Assembly: GCA_964016885.1 (NCBI GenBank)
Contig: OZ024744.1
Coordinates: 52,328,001-52,392,000 of the forward strand
Direction of reading: 5' to 3'
Source: Eledone cirrhosa
Taxonomy: Eukaryota
DNA length: 64,000 bases
Part shown: in pieces, positions 27,120 to 41,399 of the stretch
Numbering within the stretch: position 1 is the first letter of the stretch
Layout: every line of letters starts with the position of its first letter
Notes under the pieces: generated by a model
The model's input: only the letters and a program-made list of their open reading frames with translations
What the model was told of the DNA's origin: nothing
Databases searched by the model: none
Translations under genes and position numbers: made by a program

Positions 27120-27834
27120 GGGAGACATGATATGAAGGTTAAAAAACACTTGCGAATAGTGCAGTTTTAAATCAACATATGAAAAGTAGTTTTAGATTGA
27201 TGTGTGATATTGGGAAAAAAAATTGAGGGGGGGAGTTGGAAAGGATGAAAAAGAGGAGGAGATGAGAGTAAAGAATGGAGGGGGCGGAGTATAATAAGGA
27301 AGGATGAGATAGGAGGAGAGATGGGTGATAGAGAGAGAGAGATAGCTTTTATAACTGAGAAAAATATATTGTTTTATAGAGAGAGGTTAAAAAACCGTTG
27401 GAAGATGATATATAAATTAAAAGAAGTTGAAAATTAACGAAGAGGAAAATTTAAGAATAATGTTAAATTAAGGTTTGTATATTGAAGGGTTTAATAATAT
27501 GTGCGATGGAAAGAAATTGTTGATATGTATTATTAAAAAAAATATAAAAACAGTAATGTAATTAAGGATATATTGTGAAAAGAAGTAGACGGGTGGATGA
27601 ATATGTGTAATATGTAGAAGTTAGATGAGCATGAAAGGGAGAAAAAAATAATGAATAGAGGATGAATATTCTAACGTAAAAAAAAATGTTTATGTTTACG
27701 ATGGATTTTTCAAGGTGATATTATAAAGTATTTAAAAGGGTAATAGTAAATTTTATGGCCAGTCATAGGATGGAAGAAGGAAGAGTGGATATTTGTGGTG
27801 AGTAATAATATATATATATATATATATATGCATG

Positions 27835-28720
27835 TGTAAATGAAATATTTCCGTCGGAAAGGTACAGGAACAAAGAGTGTTCTATCTATGTAGGCTACAG
27901 AGCTTATTAGTTATGTAATAAACAACATAAGATATTTATTTCATTACAGGGTAAATGTAATACCAAATCTATTGTGTATGAGGCCAAATTGACACATATG
28001 ATTAATAACCAACCAGCCAGGAATGAACGACATGTTGGCATGACTCAGGACAGATTTAAAACCAGGTACTATGCACATGTCGCTTCTTTCAAACACCCTG
28101 AAAAAAGAACAGTAACGGCGCTGGTAAATAAAGTGGGGGAGTTTAAAGACAAAAACATTCCGTACACTATTGATTGGTCTATTTTAGACCATTCAAGAGA
28201 TTACCAATGGGACACAAAAAATGTTTTTTGTGTACCACGGGAAAATTTAGAATTCTCCAAAACTGGAAAACCTCTACCACTTGACTCAACTCTAAGACCG
28301 AGATCTTTAGATGTTGTCCACACATGAAATCGCATCTACTTTTTAACTGGATTAACATACCAAAGATTACTCAACCACCTTGAGCTTCTTCTTTACTTAC
28401 ACGCCTTCCACTCACTACCTATTTCATCACCTTTTGAACTTTTACTTTCTACCAATACATATTTTTTGCCCCTCATTTCGTTCTATATTTCATCTGACGT
28501 ATATCCCCCCCCCCCACTATCTACTATACCTTTAATATATACACAACCACCACCGTTATCCTTTACCCAGATCACTTTTTAACTATATACCCCTATCCAG
28601 ATCTCGTCACTTAGTCACTACCTTTACACCAACTTTCTCCCTTACCTGTTTTTAATAATTGTTTTTATTATTTTATTTCACTCTTACTTACCCACTAGGT
28701 AGTTAAATCTACTCACTTAG
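27835..28720 (+). mobile_element. 5'-truncated PLE: inverted pLTR piece (27835-27945), GIY-YIG remnant (27945-28375), pyrimidine-rich 3' region
   Basis: LQGKCNTKSIVYEAKL...VGMTQDRFKTRYYAHVASF...YTIDWSIL...; the 5' piece is the reverse complement of the 26190-26295 family. Confidence 0.85.
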
Positions 28721-28805
28721 GGTTGTATGTGGGCGCATATGCAGACAGACTTATGTGTACTTACATAATTACGTGTTTTTATATTTTTATGTTTGTGTGT
28801 GTATA

Positions 28806-28885
<80 letters not shown>

Positions 28886-29279
28886 AGTGTTTGTGTATAT
28901 ATATATATAGATATATATGTAATACATTTGTTTATATGTATTTGTATACATGTATGCATGTGTTTGTATATATATATTTGTATATATGTTTATATATGTG
29001 TGTATGGATTTAGGTATATGTTTATTTGTATGCGTGTGTTAATTTATTATTGCGTGAGTGTGTGTGCACGCGTATGTGTACGTATGTACGTGGGTTATGT
29101 ACCTTCGAGATTCATTTATTTTTGTAGGGTTTTTGTATGTGTATGTATGTGGATGTGTGTGTATTTGCATGTATGTATGTGTGTTTATATATTTGTATGT
29201 GTATCTGTGTCTATATATGTGTTTATATAAGTATATATATGGGTATGTATGCACATGGATGTGTATGTGTACGTATATT

Positions 29280-29318
<39 letters not shown>

Positions 29319-29379
29319 TATGCGTGTGTGTTTGCATGTGTGGATAGGTATATATGCATGTATATATGTATGTGTGCAT

Positions 29380-29476
<97 letters not shown>

Positions 29477-29554
29477 TCATATGTATTTGTTTATATTTGT
29501 TTATATTTACACAATATACCAAAGTAATGAGAGAACTAACAGGTTGATATATAT

Positions 29555-30390
29555 ATATGAAAAATGGCGTGCTGCGTTGTTGCAGCTGGGATGCATATTA
29601 ATAAAATTAGCTGTCATCAGTGATATTCCAGCTGTCATTGGCATTTCTTCGCATTAAAGATCATATACCTCTGGCTAGTGCGAACAATAACTAAACAAAG
29701 TTATTGGGACACGTAGAATAGGGTGAAGCGAGCGAGAAAAGTAAACAAACAGAGATGGTAATGCAGAGAAGAAATACAAATGACGGCTGGAAGATCACAG
29801 ATGACGGACGCCCTGTCTTCTCGCTCTAATTTTATTCATATGTATCCCATTTGCAACAACGCAGTACGCCAGTTTTCATTTATATTTTTCCCTCCGCTGT
29901 GACGTGTCTGTTTCTTTCTTACTGCTATCCTCTTTCCCTCTCCCTGTATCTCTCGCCTTCATTTCACCGCCTCTGCCAGTCACTCTCTCTCAGCTGGCCT
30001 CTTCCGCACACTTTCACTCACTCACTCTCTGCTAATCCCCCTCTCTCACTTCCTCCCGTCTGACTTGTGTGAAATCCTTTTCTCGCTCACATTTCACATG
30101 GTCTGGACGTGTCTGTGTCTCTCCTCGTCCATGATTTGATCGAACTTAAGTTCACAGATATCATGGACTTGTTTCCCCTATTCCTCTCTTTCCATTGCAT
30201 TACCATCTCTAATTGTTTACATGTCTCGCTCGTTTCACCCTATTCTACTTGTCCCAATAATTTTTTTAGTTATTGCTCGCACCAACCAGAGGTATACGAT
30301 CTTTAATACGAAGAAATATCAATGACGGATGGACGATCAGTGATGACGGACGCCCTGCCATCTCGCTCTAATTTTATTCATATATATATA
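29555..30390. repeat. Nested inverted and direct repeat unit between (TA)n tracts
   Basis: 29650-29770 inverted vs 30195-30310; 29778-29845 direct vs 30320-30385; 29555-29615 inverted vs 29825-29885. Confidence 0.7.
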
Positions 30391-30767
30391 CATATATTTT
30401 TATTATTTTTTGTTCTTATTTATTTTTTTTATTTAGTTATTTCTACTTCCCTACTACTTCCCAAATTTGAGTGCATATATATCTGTGTATATGTATGTGT
30501 ATGTATTTATGTTCCTGTCATTATTTCCTTGTAGACGCTAATACGCTTATGTGAGAAAGTATACGTCTACGTACTTTTTAGTATATGCGCGTAGTTGAGT
30601 GTGTGTATGTTTACGTTCTGGATATTTATATTTTTATTTTTATATATATATATATATTTTATTTTTTCCCCTATTTCCTTTTCGCCCGTTTTTTTCAGCC
30701 TCACTTTCATATTTCCTAAATTTTGTTTTCAAATCCATATTTAATAAAAAACACCATGTTTTTTATT

Positions 30768-30824
30768 CATTCTGACGACTGAAGACAGACACAACATCTG
30801 TCTTCAAGAAACCACTGGTAAATG
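30768..30824 (+). ncRNA. Hammerhead ribozyme, relative of 26138 with a different stem II
   Basis: catt-CTGACGA-cTGAAGACAGAcacaacaTCTGTCTTCAa-GAAA-ccactggt-A-aatg. Confidence 0.85.
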
Positions 30825-30856
30825 AAATAATTATCCTATGTTGTTTATTACATAAT

Positions 30857-30916
<60 letters not shown>

Positions 30917-30923
<7 letters not shown>

Positions 30924-31158
30924 GTGACGTTTTTTACAAAATGAAAAATAACCGAGGTGAAAGTAAAAAGAAAAAAAGTTCTTCTGCTTTTCAAAAGTAG
31001 AGTTGAGATGAAAGGTCTGTGAGAAAAACCACAGACCCTCCATCTCAACTCTACTTTTGAAAAGCAGAAGAACTGAGAAACCGGTAAAGGAACCAAATAA
31101 ATATATATATTTAAAAAAAAATAAGACTCCAGTTGCATTTTCGATTTCATCTTTTTTT

Positions 31159-31165
<7 letters not shown>
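30917..31165. mobile_element. Fold-back PLE-type terminus, same family as 34807-35170
   Basis: Shares ttgaaaagcagaagaactg.gaaaccggtaaagg and flanks with the 34.8-kb unit. Confidence 0.75.
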
Positions 31166-31222
<57 letters not shown>

Positions 31223-31703
31223 ATGTATATTTGTAAATGTGCAAGAATTGAGGAATAGTGAAAGGTATTTTTGTGAGTAAGAGGTATTTGGTGTGTATAA
31301 CGTATCTATATAAGATGTAGATACCTGAAAGTACCAGCTGACACACACACACACGCGCGCACACACACACAGACACACGCACACACACACACACACACAC
31401 ACACGCATATATATATAAATATAGAAATACGCATATTTATATATGCGTGTGTTTGAGTGTGTGTACATACACTTTCATCTTATGTATCTTTGTTAATATA
31501 TATATATGTATATTATGTGTAAGAGACTAATTAATGTATGTATGTATATATAGGCCAGTTGTACAACTGTACATTTAAGAACAGCCGTCTAGTGTATACA
31601 CAACTCGGTATTGTGCCTGATTTATCATAAATTCCAATACATCTCTGCGGACACACGAACACATATACACAGCAGTATATACATACACACACACATACAC
31701 ATT

Positions 31704-31797
<94 letters not shown>

Positions 31798-32327
31798 TAC
31801 ATACGTACATACATACACACATTCATATATGCGTACATACATACACAAATACATACATACTTACACACATAAACACATAAATACATACATGCGTACATAC
31901 ATATACATACATACTTACATATATACATACATATATGCATATATACGTGCATACATACATACACAGGCACGTTTGCACTTGCATTCAATTGTACATTTAA
32001 AAAGCATATCACTGTGTTTTACATGGCTGTTGTGTTCCAAGTGTAAAATAAGATGTATTATACAATATTTAAAGCGTGCTATATATATATACGTATATAT
32101 ATATATATATATATAGGAACATGTATGACCCCGACGGCAGAGCTCAAGCCGTTTCGACGGCTATTTTTGGACTTCGTCATATATATATATATATATATAT
32201 ATAGCATGCATGCACACAAATTTACGCTTTTAAATATTGTATAATACATATATATATATATATATAAATATACATATCTACATAAATATATTGTATATAT
32301 TGTATAGTATATATATAAATACACACG

Positions 32328-32375
<48 letters not shown>

Positions 32376-32445
32376 CATATATATACAGATATATATACAC
32401 ATATATATATATATATATATATATCTGTATATATATGTATATATA

Positions 32446-32497
<52 letters not shown>

Positions 32498-32807
32498 CGT
32501 ATATATATGTGTATATATAAATATATGTATATATCTATATTTATATACATACACACACACACACACTCACACACACATATATGTATATTTATATACATAT
32601 ATGTGTGTGTGAGTGTGTGTGTGTGTATGTGTGTGTGTGTCTGGTGTGTGGTTTTGTAAATATGTATATATATGTATCTATTTTTCTCCGTGTGCCTGAA
32701 TGAAGGGTCAGTGTAGAAGTGCCTCCTCCATTTTAAAGTGGATGTCATGACTTTATCCCTAAAAAAATGGTAGCACATATACGTTAAGTGTTTAAAAATT
32801 TGTTATG

Positions 32808-32868
<61 letters not shown>

Positions 32869-32950
32869 TACATATATATATACATATATATATACATATA
32901 CGATATATATGTATACATATACGATATATATGTATATATATAAAAACATA

Positions 32951-33027
<77 letters not shown>

Positions 33028-33134
33028 TATATACTATATATATAAACATATAACTTATATATATATAAGTTATTCCGGGTTGAATAAGGGGTACCCACAG
33101 TAAGTACTCAATACATAGCAGAGTATAAATGTTT

Positions 33135-33251
33135 TAATATAGAAAAGCTTCTACAGGACTAGAACTGTTTCATTCGTGAGAAATCATCAGAAATTGTGCT
33201 GATGATTTCTCACGAATGAAACAGTTCTAGGCCTGTAGAAGCATTTATATA

Positions 33252-33256
<5 letters not shown>
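33135..33256. ncRNA. Fold-back unit with an HHR-like motif on both strands (plus copy ~33195-33232)
   Basis: CTGATGA-tTTCtcacGAAt-GAAA-cagttc; arms inverted around aaattgtg (33191-33198). Confidence 0.6.
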
Positions 33257-33311
<55 letters not shown>

Positions 33312-33343
33312 TATATAGTATATAGTATATATAAATATATATG

Positions 33344-33377
<34 letters not shown>

Positions 33378-34434
33378 TATATATGTTATATATATATACG
33401 ATGTTTATATATATATACTATGTTTATATATATATATAGGTGTGTGTTTGTATGCACATACACACACACACACACATACACACATAGTAGTAGTAGTAGT
33501 AGCAGCAGTGGGATTTGTAGTTGAACGAGTGTGTTGTATATGAAAACAGTTTAGTGGAGAGTGAACAACGAACACATACACACTTAGACTCAGACAAACT
33601 TACATACACATTCACACTCTCTCTGACACACTAACTCATACACTAACTCACACACAGACACACACACACACATACACATACTCAAACATGTGATGCACAC
33701 ACGCACACACATATACAGACACACGTACACGTATATGCTTATGCACATGCACACGCACATCACACACTCACAGAAAGCTCTTTGGATTTTTTAAAGGCTC
33801 TCCGTTTACAGGAGAATGTTGGAAAAGCGTAAATGTTGTAGTGAAAGCATTCTATTGGCTGTTGGCCAAATGTTGAGTCTGGCTGGCAAATCTCAGCAAA
33901 CAGACACACGGCCATATTATATGGGCGGTAGTTTAGCAGTAGCACAACTTCTGCTTCTTCATCATGTTCTAAATATGTTTTTGTTTCTTCTCTTTTGTGA
34001 AAAATAAAAAAGTAAACAAAAAAATACAGGATTGGGTAGAGGGAAATTCATGTAAACGTACAGGGAAAAACATATTGTGAACATGATAAAATACATTGCC
34101 ATATACAAATACACACACACATACACACACACACATACACACATACATACAGACACACACACACACACATACACATACACACATACAAACATGCACATAC
34201 ACATATATATATGTTTGTGTGTATTTTATCATGTTCACATTATATATATACTGTATATATGCATGTGTGTGTGTGTGTCTGTGTGTCTGTGTGTGTGTGT
34301 ATGTGTGTGTGTGTGTGTATAAAATCAGTTTTTTCACCCTCTAAACAATAATGGTTTTTGATTTAGGCACAAATGTTGACGAGATGGTATGTGAATGAAT
34401 TCTTTTTCGTTTGTTGTGTACGTATATATATATA

Positions 34435-34570
<136 letters not shown>

Positions 34571-34806
34571 CGCACCAAAGTACTCAATACTTAGGGTAGT
34601 AGAGTGGGTAATAGGAACGAGTAGGACTCCGACGGCTGAGCTCAAGCCGTTTCGACGGCTAATTCAGGACTCGTCCAGAATTAGCCGTCGAAACGGCTTG
34701 AGCTCGGGGGTCCTACTCGTTCCTATATATATATATATATATATATGTGTAAATATATATATATATATATGCTTGTATGTAAATTTATATATATATATAT
34801 ATATAT

Positions 34807-35108
34807 ATAAAGAAAAAGAGATGAAATCGAAAATGCAACTGGAGTCTTACTTTTTTTTTAAATATATATATTTATTTGGTTCCTTTACCGGTTTCGCAGT
34901 TCTTCTGCTTTTCAAAAGGTGAGTTGAGATGGAGGGTCTGTGGTTTTTCTCAAATCAGATGTGAGAAAAACCACAGACCCTCCATCTCAACTCACCTTTT
35001 GAAAAGCAGAAGAACTGCGAAACCGGTAAAGGAACCAAATAAATATATATATTTAAAAAAAAAGTAAGACTCCAGTTGCATTTTCGATTTCATCTCTTTT
35101 TCTTTATA
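34807..35108. repeat. ~145-bp-arm palindrome (9-nt loop) carrying a variant hammerhead on each strand
   Basis: 34807-34951 is the reverse complement of 34961-35108. Confidence 0.9.
34995..35032 (+). ncRNA. Hammerhead ribozyme with a U3-A8 core (mirror 34882-34919)
   Basis: cctt-TTGAAAA-GCAGaagaaCTGC-GAAA-ccggt-A-aagg. Confidence 0.72.
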
Positions 35109-35164
35109 CTTTCACTCGTGTAGGACACCTCGGTTATTTTTCATTTTGTAAAAAAAAACCTCAC

Positions 35165-35203
<39 letters not shown>

Positions 35204-35211
35204 TGTGTGTG

Positions 35212-35325
<114 letters not shown>

Positions 35326-35729
35326 TGTATGTGTGTGTGTGTGTGTATGTAAAAATGTATGTGCGACCAGGTGTCTCTTCTCTTCTGGATATAAATGTTA
35401 TTATCTTCTTTATCTTTTGCAGATGGAAACATTTCTTAATATACTGGAAAATATATATATATATATATATGTATACACACAAACACATATTTTCATACAC
35501 ATACTTTTTTTCCTTATAGATAAATTACGTGCCACCAGGACTGGCGATATGATTAGGTTAACTAGGCAGCCGCCAAGGGAGCCGAGTTTCGCGTTACTGA
35601 ATATTAAGAGACCTCAGACTTATATAAATTTCTACAAATGGACGCATATCTGAAAGAAGAGAATACATATTATAGTGCTTAGCTGAAGGTGCTAAATATC
35701 CTGGCGTCGGTTTTACACACCATTCTTGT

Positions 35730-36030
35730 TCTCTGTTTAGCCAATAGAAAGACTGCGAATAACCCAGGTTCTGCTGCACTCCGGGCTGAGGAGGCCAAAC
35801 TCCTCAAATACCGATCGCACTCCGATAGCTATGCGGTTGTGCCCTTGGCAGTGGAGACTTCTGGTGCCCTCGGCACTAGGGCTACTTCCCTACTCACCAC
35901 CATAGGCGCTGAGCTGGCCAGCCGCAAGTGTGAGCCCCGCGAGTTGGAGTGGTTTTCCAGCGCGTCTCCCTTGCCGTCCTCCGGGGAAACGCCTTCTCTA
36001 TTCTGTCCGCCGGGGCTGTAGGGAGAGAAG
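35730..36030 (+). mobile_element. CRE-clade RLE 3' fragment
   Basis: PGSAALRAEEAKLLKYRSH...VPLAVETSGALG...QRVSLAVLRGNA. Confidence 0.8.
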
Positions 36031-36470
36031 AATATGTTAGTTGAATTCGGTTAGTTGTTATATTTCAATATACATAGAAAGACTATGTCTGAATCATTAG
36101 AAATCTCACAACAGTATACCAAGATCAGTAAATATAATATATGGCGATTTAGATTTCCACCAGTTTGCTTCTATTCTCTCGATTTTGTTATCTTTGTATC
36201 TGAGGGTGTGTATATAAAAGAGCACACACACACACACACACACATACACCTACCTACACACACAGACATACACACATATATACACAGATACATACACACA
36301 CATATACACACTTATACACACAAATACATACACACAAATACACACACATACACACACATACACACACATATATATATACTGCATTAATGCAATTCGGCAG
36401 TTTCATTAAGTGAGCTAGGCGTTGGCCGAGAAACGTTGACTTAATACCAGCGATTTTCGTCACCTTTATA

Positions 36471-36546
<76 letters not shown>

Positions 36547-36674
36547 TCTTGATCACGTTGACCGACCAGTCTATGCGGCTGGTCACAGCACGCCGTGCTG
36601 TTTTAGCCATAAGATAACGCCACCCCACTGGGATTTATATATATATATATATATATATATACATGCACATATAC

Positions 36675-37055
<381 letters not shown>

Positions 37056-37103
37056 TATATGTGTGTGTATATATATATATGTGTAAGTATGTATGCATGT
37101 ATT

Positions 37104-37149
<46 letters not shown>

Positions 37150-37151
<2 letters not shown>

Positions 37152-37750
37152 AGGTCACCAGTTGTTGCTATTGGTAACATGTATCCTGGCTCATGGTCGG
37201 GTCGTTGGCGACTAAACTGGCAACCCCACCAAGGTTTCTTGGTGAGGAGGGTGACTTTGGACATCCTTCAGGACTAAAAACAAAACGCGTCAAAGGACAA
37301 AGGAGCCCGTAAGAGTCAATGGCCATCCAAAATCACCGGGAGAGATGACTCATTAGCCTTTGTCAAGGCAGAATTCTAGGAGAAGGAAAACTCTGATATA
37401 ACACCTGCAACCCTGATGGTATCCAATGATGTTGACTTGTTCTTCTTTTTGGTAAATATCATCTTGGCTAAGAGAGTGGGACTGGCTTTGTGCAGTGCCT
37501 TTGCTCACTATAAAACCTTCACGGCTCAGGCATTGCTTTATTTCTGGAGATCTCTCTGCACTTGTCGTCACATGGTACCATGGGCCCAGCACTATGTGTC
37601 AATAATTGTCACAAGTGTAGTGTTTGTGCCAGAGTTTTCAAGTCGCTGGCTGGACTAAAAAGCCACACGTGTTCAGCGCATCGGTAGGAGTTCTCCTACA
37701 TGGATATAAAGTAGTGGCCGTACTCGAAAACGAGTTGGCAGCCACCATGT
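37150..37750 (+). mobile_element. Non-autonomous RTE-related element, family B
   Basis: Head shared with family A; tail encodes [17 protein letters not shown], a C2H2-like motif typical of RTE-BovB C-termini; copies at 48586-48916 and 55487-55885. Confidence 0.78.
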
Positions 37751-37756
37751 ATATAT

Positions 37757-37839
<83 letters not shown>

Positions 37840-38051
37840 TATATAAAATAAACAGCAACTATATATTTATATATGTATATGTACATGTATATATCTGTAT
37901 ATTTATATACATATAACTGTATGTATACATATATATATATTTATATACATATAACTGTATATATATATATATATAAGTATTGAAGTTTCCGTTGAAAATT
38001 GAAAAAGTCATAGAAATGAAGAGTGCTCTATATAAGTTACAGAGCTAATTT

Positions 38052-38127
38052 TTTTGTCTGACGAACGAAGGAGGACGTTTCTTGTATTTGTCTTATTCGG
38101 GAAACCTCTGGTAATGAGGTAATTATA
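38052..38127 (+). ncRNA. Hammerhead ribozyme candidate
   Basis: CTGACGA-aCGAAggAGGAC...GTCTTaTTCGg-GAAA-CCTCtggtaatGAGG-TA; stem I weak. Confidence 0.6.
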
Positions 38128-38298
38128 TTACATTGTTTATTATACATTATATATATATATATATACATATAACTGTATATATATATATTTATATATATAT
38201 ATTTATATGCATATAATTGTATATAAATATATATATATATATTTATATACTATTATATGTATATAAATATATATATATATACAGTTATATATATATAA

Positions 38299-38472
<174 letters not shown>

Positions 38473-38571
38473 TTATATGTATATAAATATATATATATAT
38501 ATACATACGATTTTATATATATATATATACATAAAAACATGCATACATACTTACATATATACACACACATA

Positions 38572-38838
38572 TAACTGAGGCACTCCGTCGGTTACGGCGA
38601 TAAGTCTTCCTGTTGTTCCGATCAACGGAAAAGGCTGCTCATAAAATTTACTGCAGGTGGCTGAGCATTCCACAGACAGGCGTGCTCTTAACTCAGTTCT
38701 AAGGGAGATTCCGCGTGATACAGAATGTGACACGGCTGGCCCTTCGAATTATTGGCACAAGTAAGTTTTGCCCGCTGAGTGGACTGGAGCAATGTGTAAA
38801 AGTGTCCTACCAAAGGACACAGCGTGCCCCTGGGAATC

Positions 38839-38839
<1 letters not shown>
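38572..38839 (-). mobile_element. SINE family 2, inverted duplicate of 36790-37055
   Basis: Near-identical reverse complement with the same truncation point. Confidence 0.85.
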
Positions 38840-38879
<40 letters not shown>

Positions 38880-38897
38880 CATGTGTAAATGTATATG

Positions 38898-38979
<82 letters not shown>

Positions 38980-39014
38980 CATGTGTAAATGTATATGTAT
39001 GTATATATATATAA

Positions 39015-39084
<70 letters not shown>

Positions 39085-39292
39085 ATGTTTGACCCCGACG
39101 GCAGAGCTCAAGCCGTCGAAACGGCTATTTCAGTCCAGAAATAGCCATCGAAACGGCTTGAGCTCTGCCGTGGGGGTCAAATATTTTCCTATTACCCACT
39201 CTACTACCCTAAGTATTGAGTATTCTGATGCGTTATGGACCATCTGGTTCCTTACCACACCTCCTTCATTATATATATACACACACACACAC

Positions 39293-39364
<72 letters not shown>

Positions 39365-39539
39365 AACAGAAAATGAGATAGAAAGAGACAGAGATAGTCG
39401 GATGAATGAGAGAGGTTTAGCAAGAATCGACATCAGTTTGGCTCATTATTTATCGACCTCGAAAAGATGAAAGACAAAGATAACCTCAGCTGGATTTGAA
39501 TTCTGAATCTAGAGAACCTGACTGAATGGCACGTAGCAA

Positions 39540-39830
39540 CGATCTATCCGACATTCAGACGAGACTCTGAAAACGCCACACATTCTCTCAGGTCTACACT
39601 CTAGCAAATCTAACGTGACTATCTAAATATTTTATTGAAGCTCCATCCAGATTCAACTTGGACAACCCGCAATAAATCGAGACTGACTCATACGAACAGA
39701 GACATGAAAGCATCTTCCAATGGTGGCATGCTAATCTTGTCATCTTCAACAGTGAAACTACTCAATTATCGATTATATCATAAAAACTATATCACACGTA
39801 GTTCTCTCCTAAACACCAACTAGTTTATGT
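39540..39830 (+). pseudogene. Ancient CR1/Jockey-group RT C-terminal fragment (continues at 43160-43310)
   Basis: SIFQWWHANLVIFNSETTQL here; ETLSWRNHVRNIA...FSTRKYF at 43.2 kb. Confidence 0.55.
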
Positions 39831-40266
39831 GAATAAATGTTTCTATAAGGGTTGTCATGTCTGAGAGACATGCGCCATATCCACTGTAGAATAAGCTCAA
39901 GGATTCCATTTAATAGATCCAAGCATTTCATATCAACTAGAAATAGTTTGACATATATATATATATATATAAAATAAACATATGAAACAATCACAGGGAA
40001 TAATTTGTAAAGGATGTAAGCACACATAGCTAGGTAGGTAACTAATTAAAGTTTAACTAGAACTTCAAATATAGATACCTTTTAAAATGATTAATCTCCT
40101 TTGTATATATTTCTTTAAGTAAGAAATATATTTCACCAATTAATCAGTAAATCACAGTAGTCAAATCCTGGATGGTCACCAAAGAGAAGAAAATACATCC
40201 TTTACAAATTTTTCCCTATGATTGTTCCATGTATTTATTTTATATATATGTCAATCTATTTCTAGT

Positions 40267-40300
<34 letters not shown>

Positions 40301-40302
<2 letters not shown>

Positions 40303-41010
40303 CAGGTCTTTACGAAGGTCCGACTTCCACCCCGATCTCAAGCTGTGGCACGCCGCCCACGCTTTGCTCTTCTTCTCAACCACATCATCTTGCGTATTCC
40401 CAATCTTTGCTCCCAAATACAGGAAGTCCTCAACCAATTCCAGCGGCTTCCCGCCCACATTAGTCATCCCTCTGGCTTCTCAACATTCTCTACCAGATAT
40501 TTTGTTTTAGTCTCATTCATTCTCAGCCCCACACTCATCGATACAGTCTCAACCTCCTGTATCGTAAAGACCTGAAAATCCACCTCTTCATTGCTGTAGT
40601 GGAGTCTGTGCTGCTGTACGGGTCTGAGACTTGGACACTGACCAAGAAACTCACACAGATGGTGGATGGGTGCTACACGAGAATGCTGAGGATGGCGCTG
40701 AACATTAATCAGTATACACTGAGGATGAAAAACTCAGAACTGTATGGGAGCCTCCCAAAAGTCAGCTCAAAAGTGACACAGAAGAGAGTGAGGTTAGCTG
40801 GACATGCTCACCGACATCCAGAGATGACATTGCACTCGGTGCTCCTGTGGGAGCCCCTACATGGAAACGAGGAAGACCAACGTTAACGTATGTTGATGCC
40901 CTAAAGACAGACACTGGTCTGTTGGAGACGCAGGATATGGCAGCGATAATGAGGGACAGAGACCGCTGGAGAGAACTCGTCCATGGATCTCGGGAATTTT
41001 ACCCGCCCCA
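40301..41010. mobile_element. RTE/RTEX-like LINE 3' fragment with 5' inversion (minus 40301-40562, plus 40562-41010)
   Basis: GLRMNETKTKY...VEDFLYLGA...WKSDLRKDLK (minus) continues as RKDLKIHLF.AVVESVLLYGSETWTLTK...RLAGH...GRPTLTYVD (plus). Confidence 0.88.
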
Positions 41011-41038
41011 GAATATATATGTGTATATATATATATAT

Positions 41039-41128
<90 letters not shown>

Positions 41129-41178
41129 AATATATATATACATAAATATATGTATATACATATATATATATATATATG

Positions 41179-41254
<76 letters not shown>

Positions 41255-41328
41255 CATACATATATATATATATATATGTATATACATATATTTATGTATA
41301 TATATATTTATATATATATATGTATATA

Positions 41329-41392
<64 letters not shown>

Positions 41393-41399
41393 TAATAAT

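Noticed and set aside
36405-36445. HHR-like remnant (attaagt...gaaacgtt.acttaat)
   Set aside because: The CTGATGA core is missing, so at best a dead relic. Similar weak relics at ~23060-23110 and ~44560-44600 were not counted.
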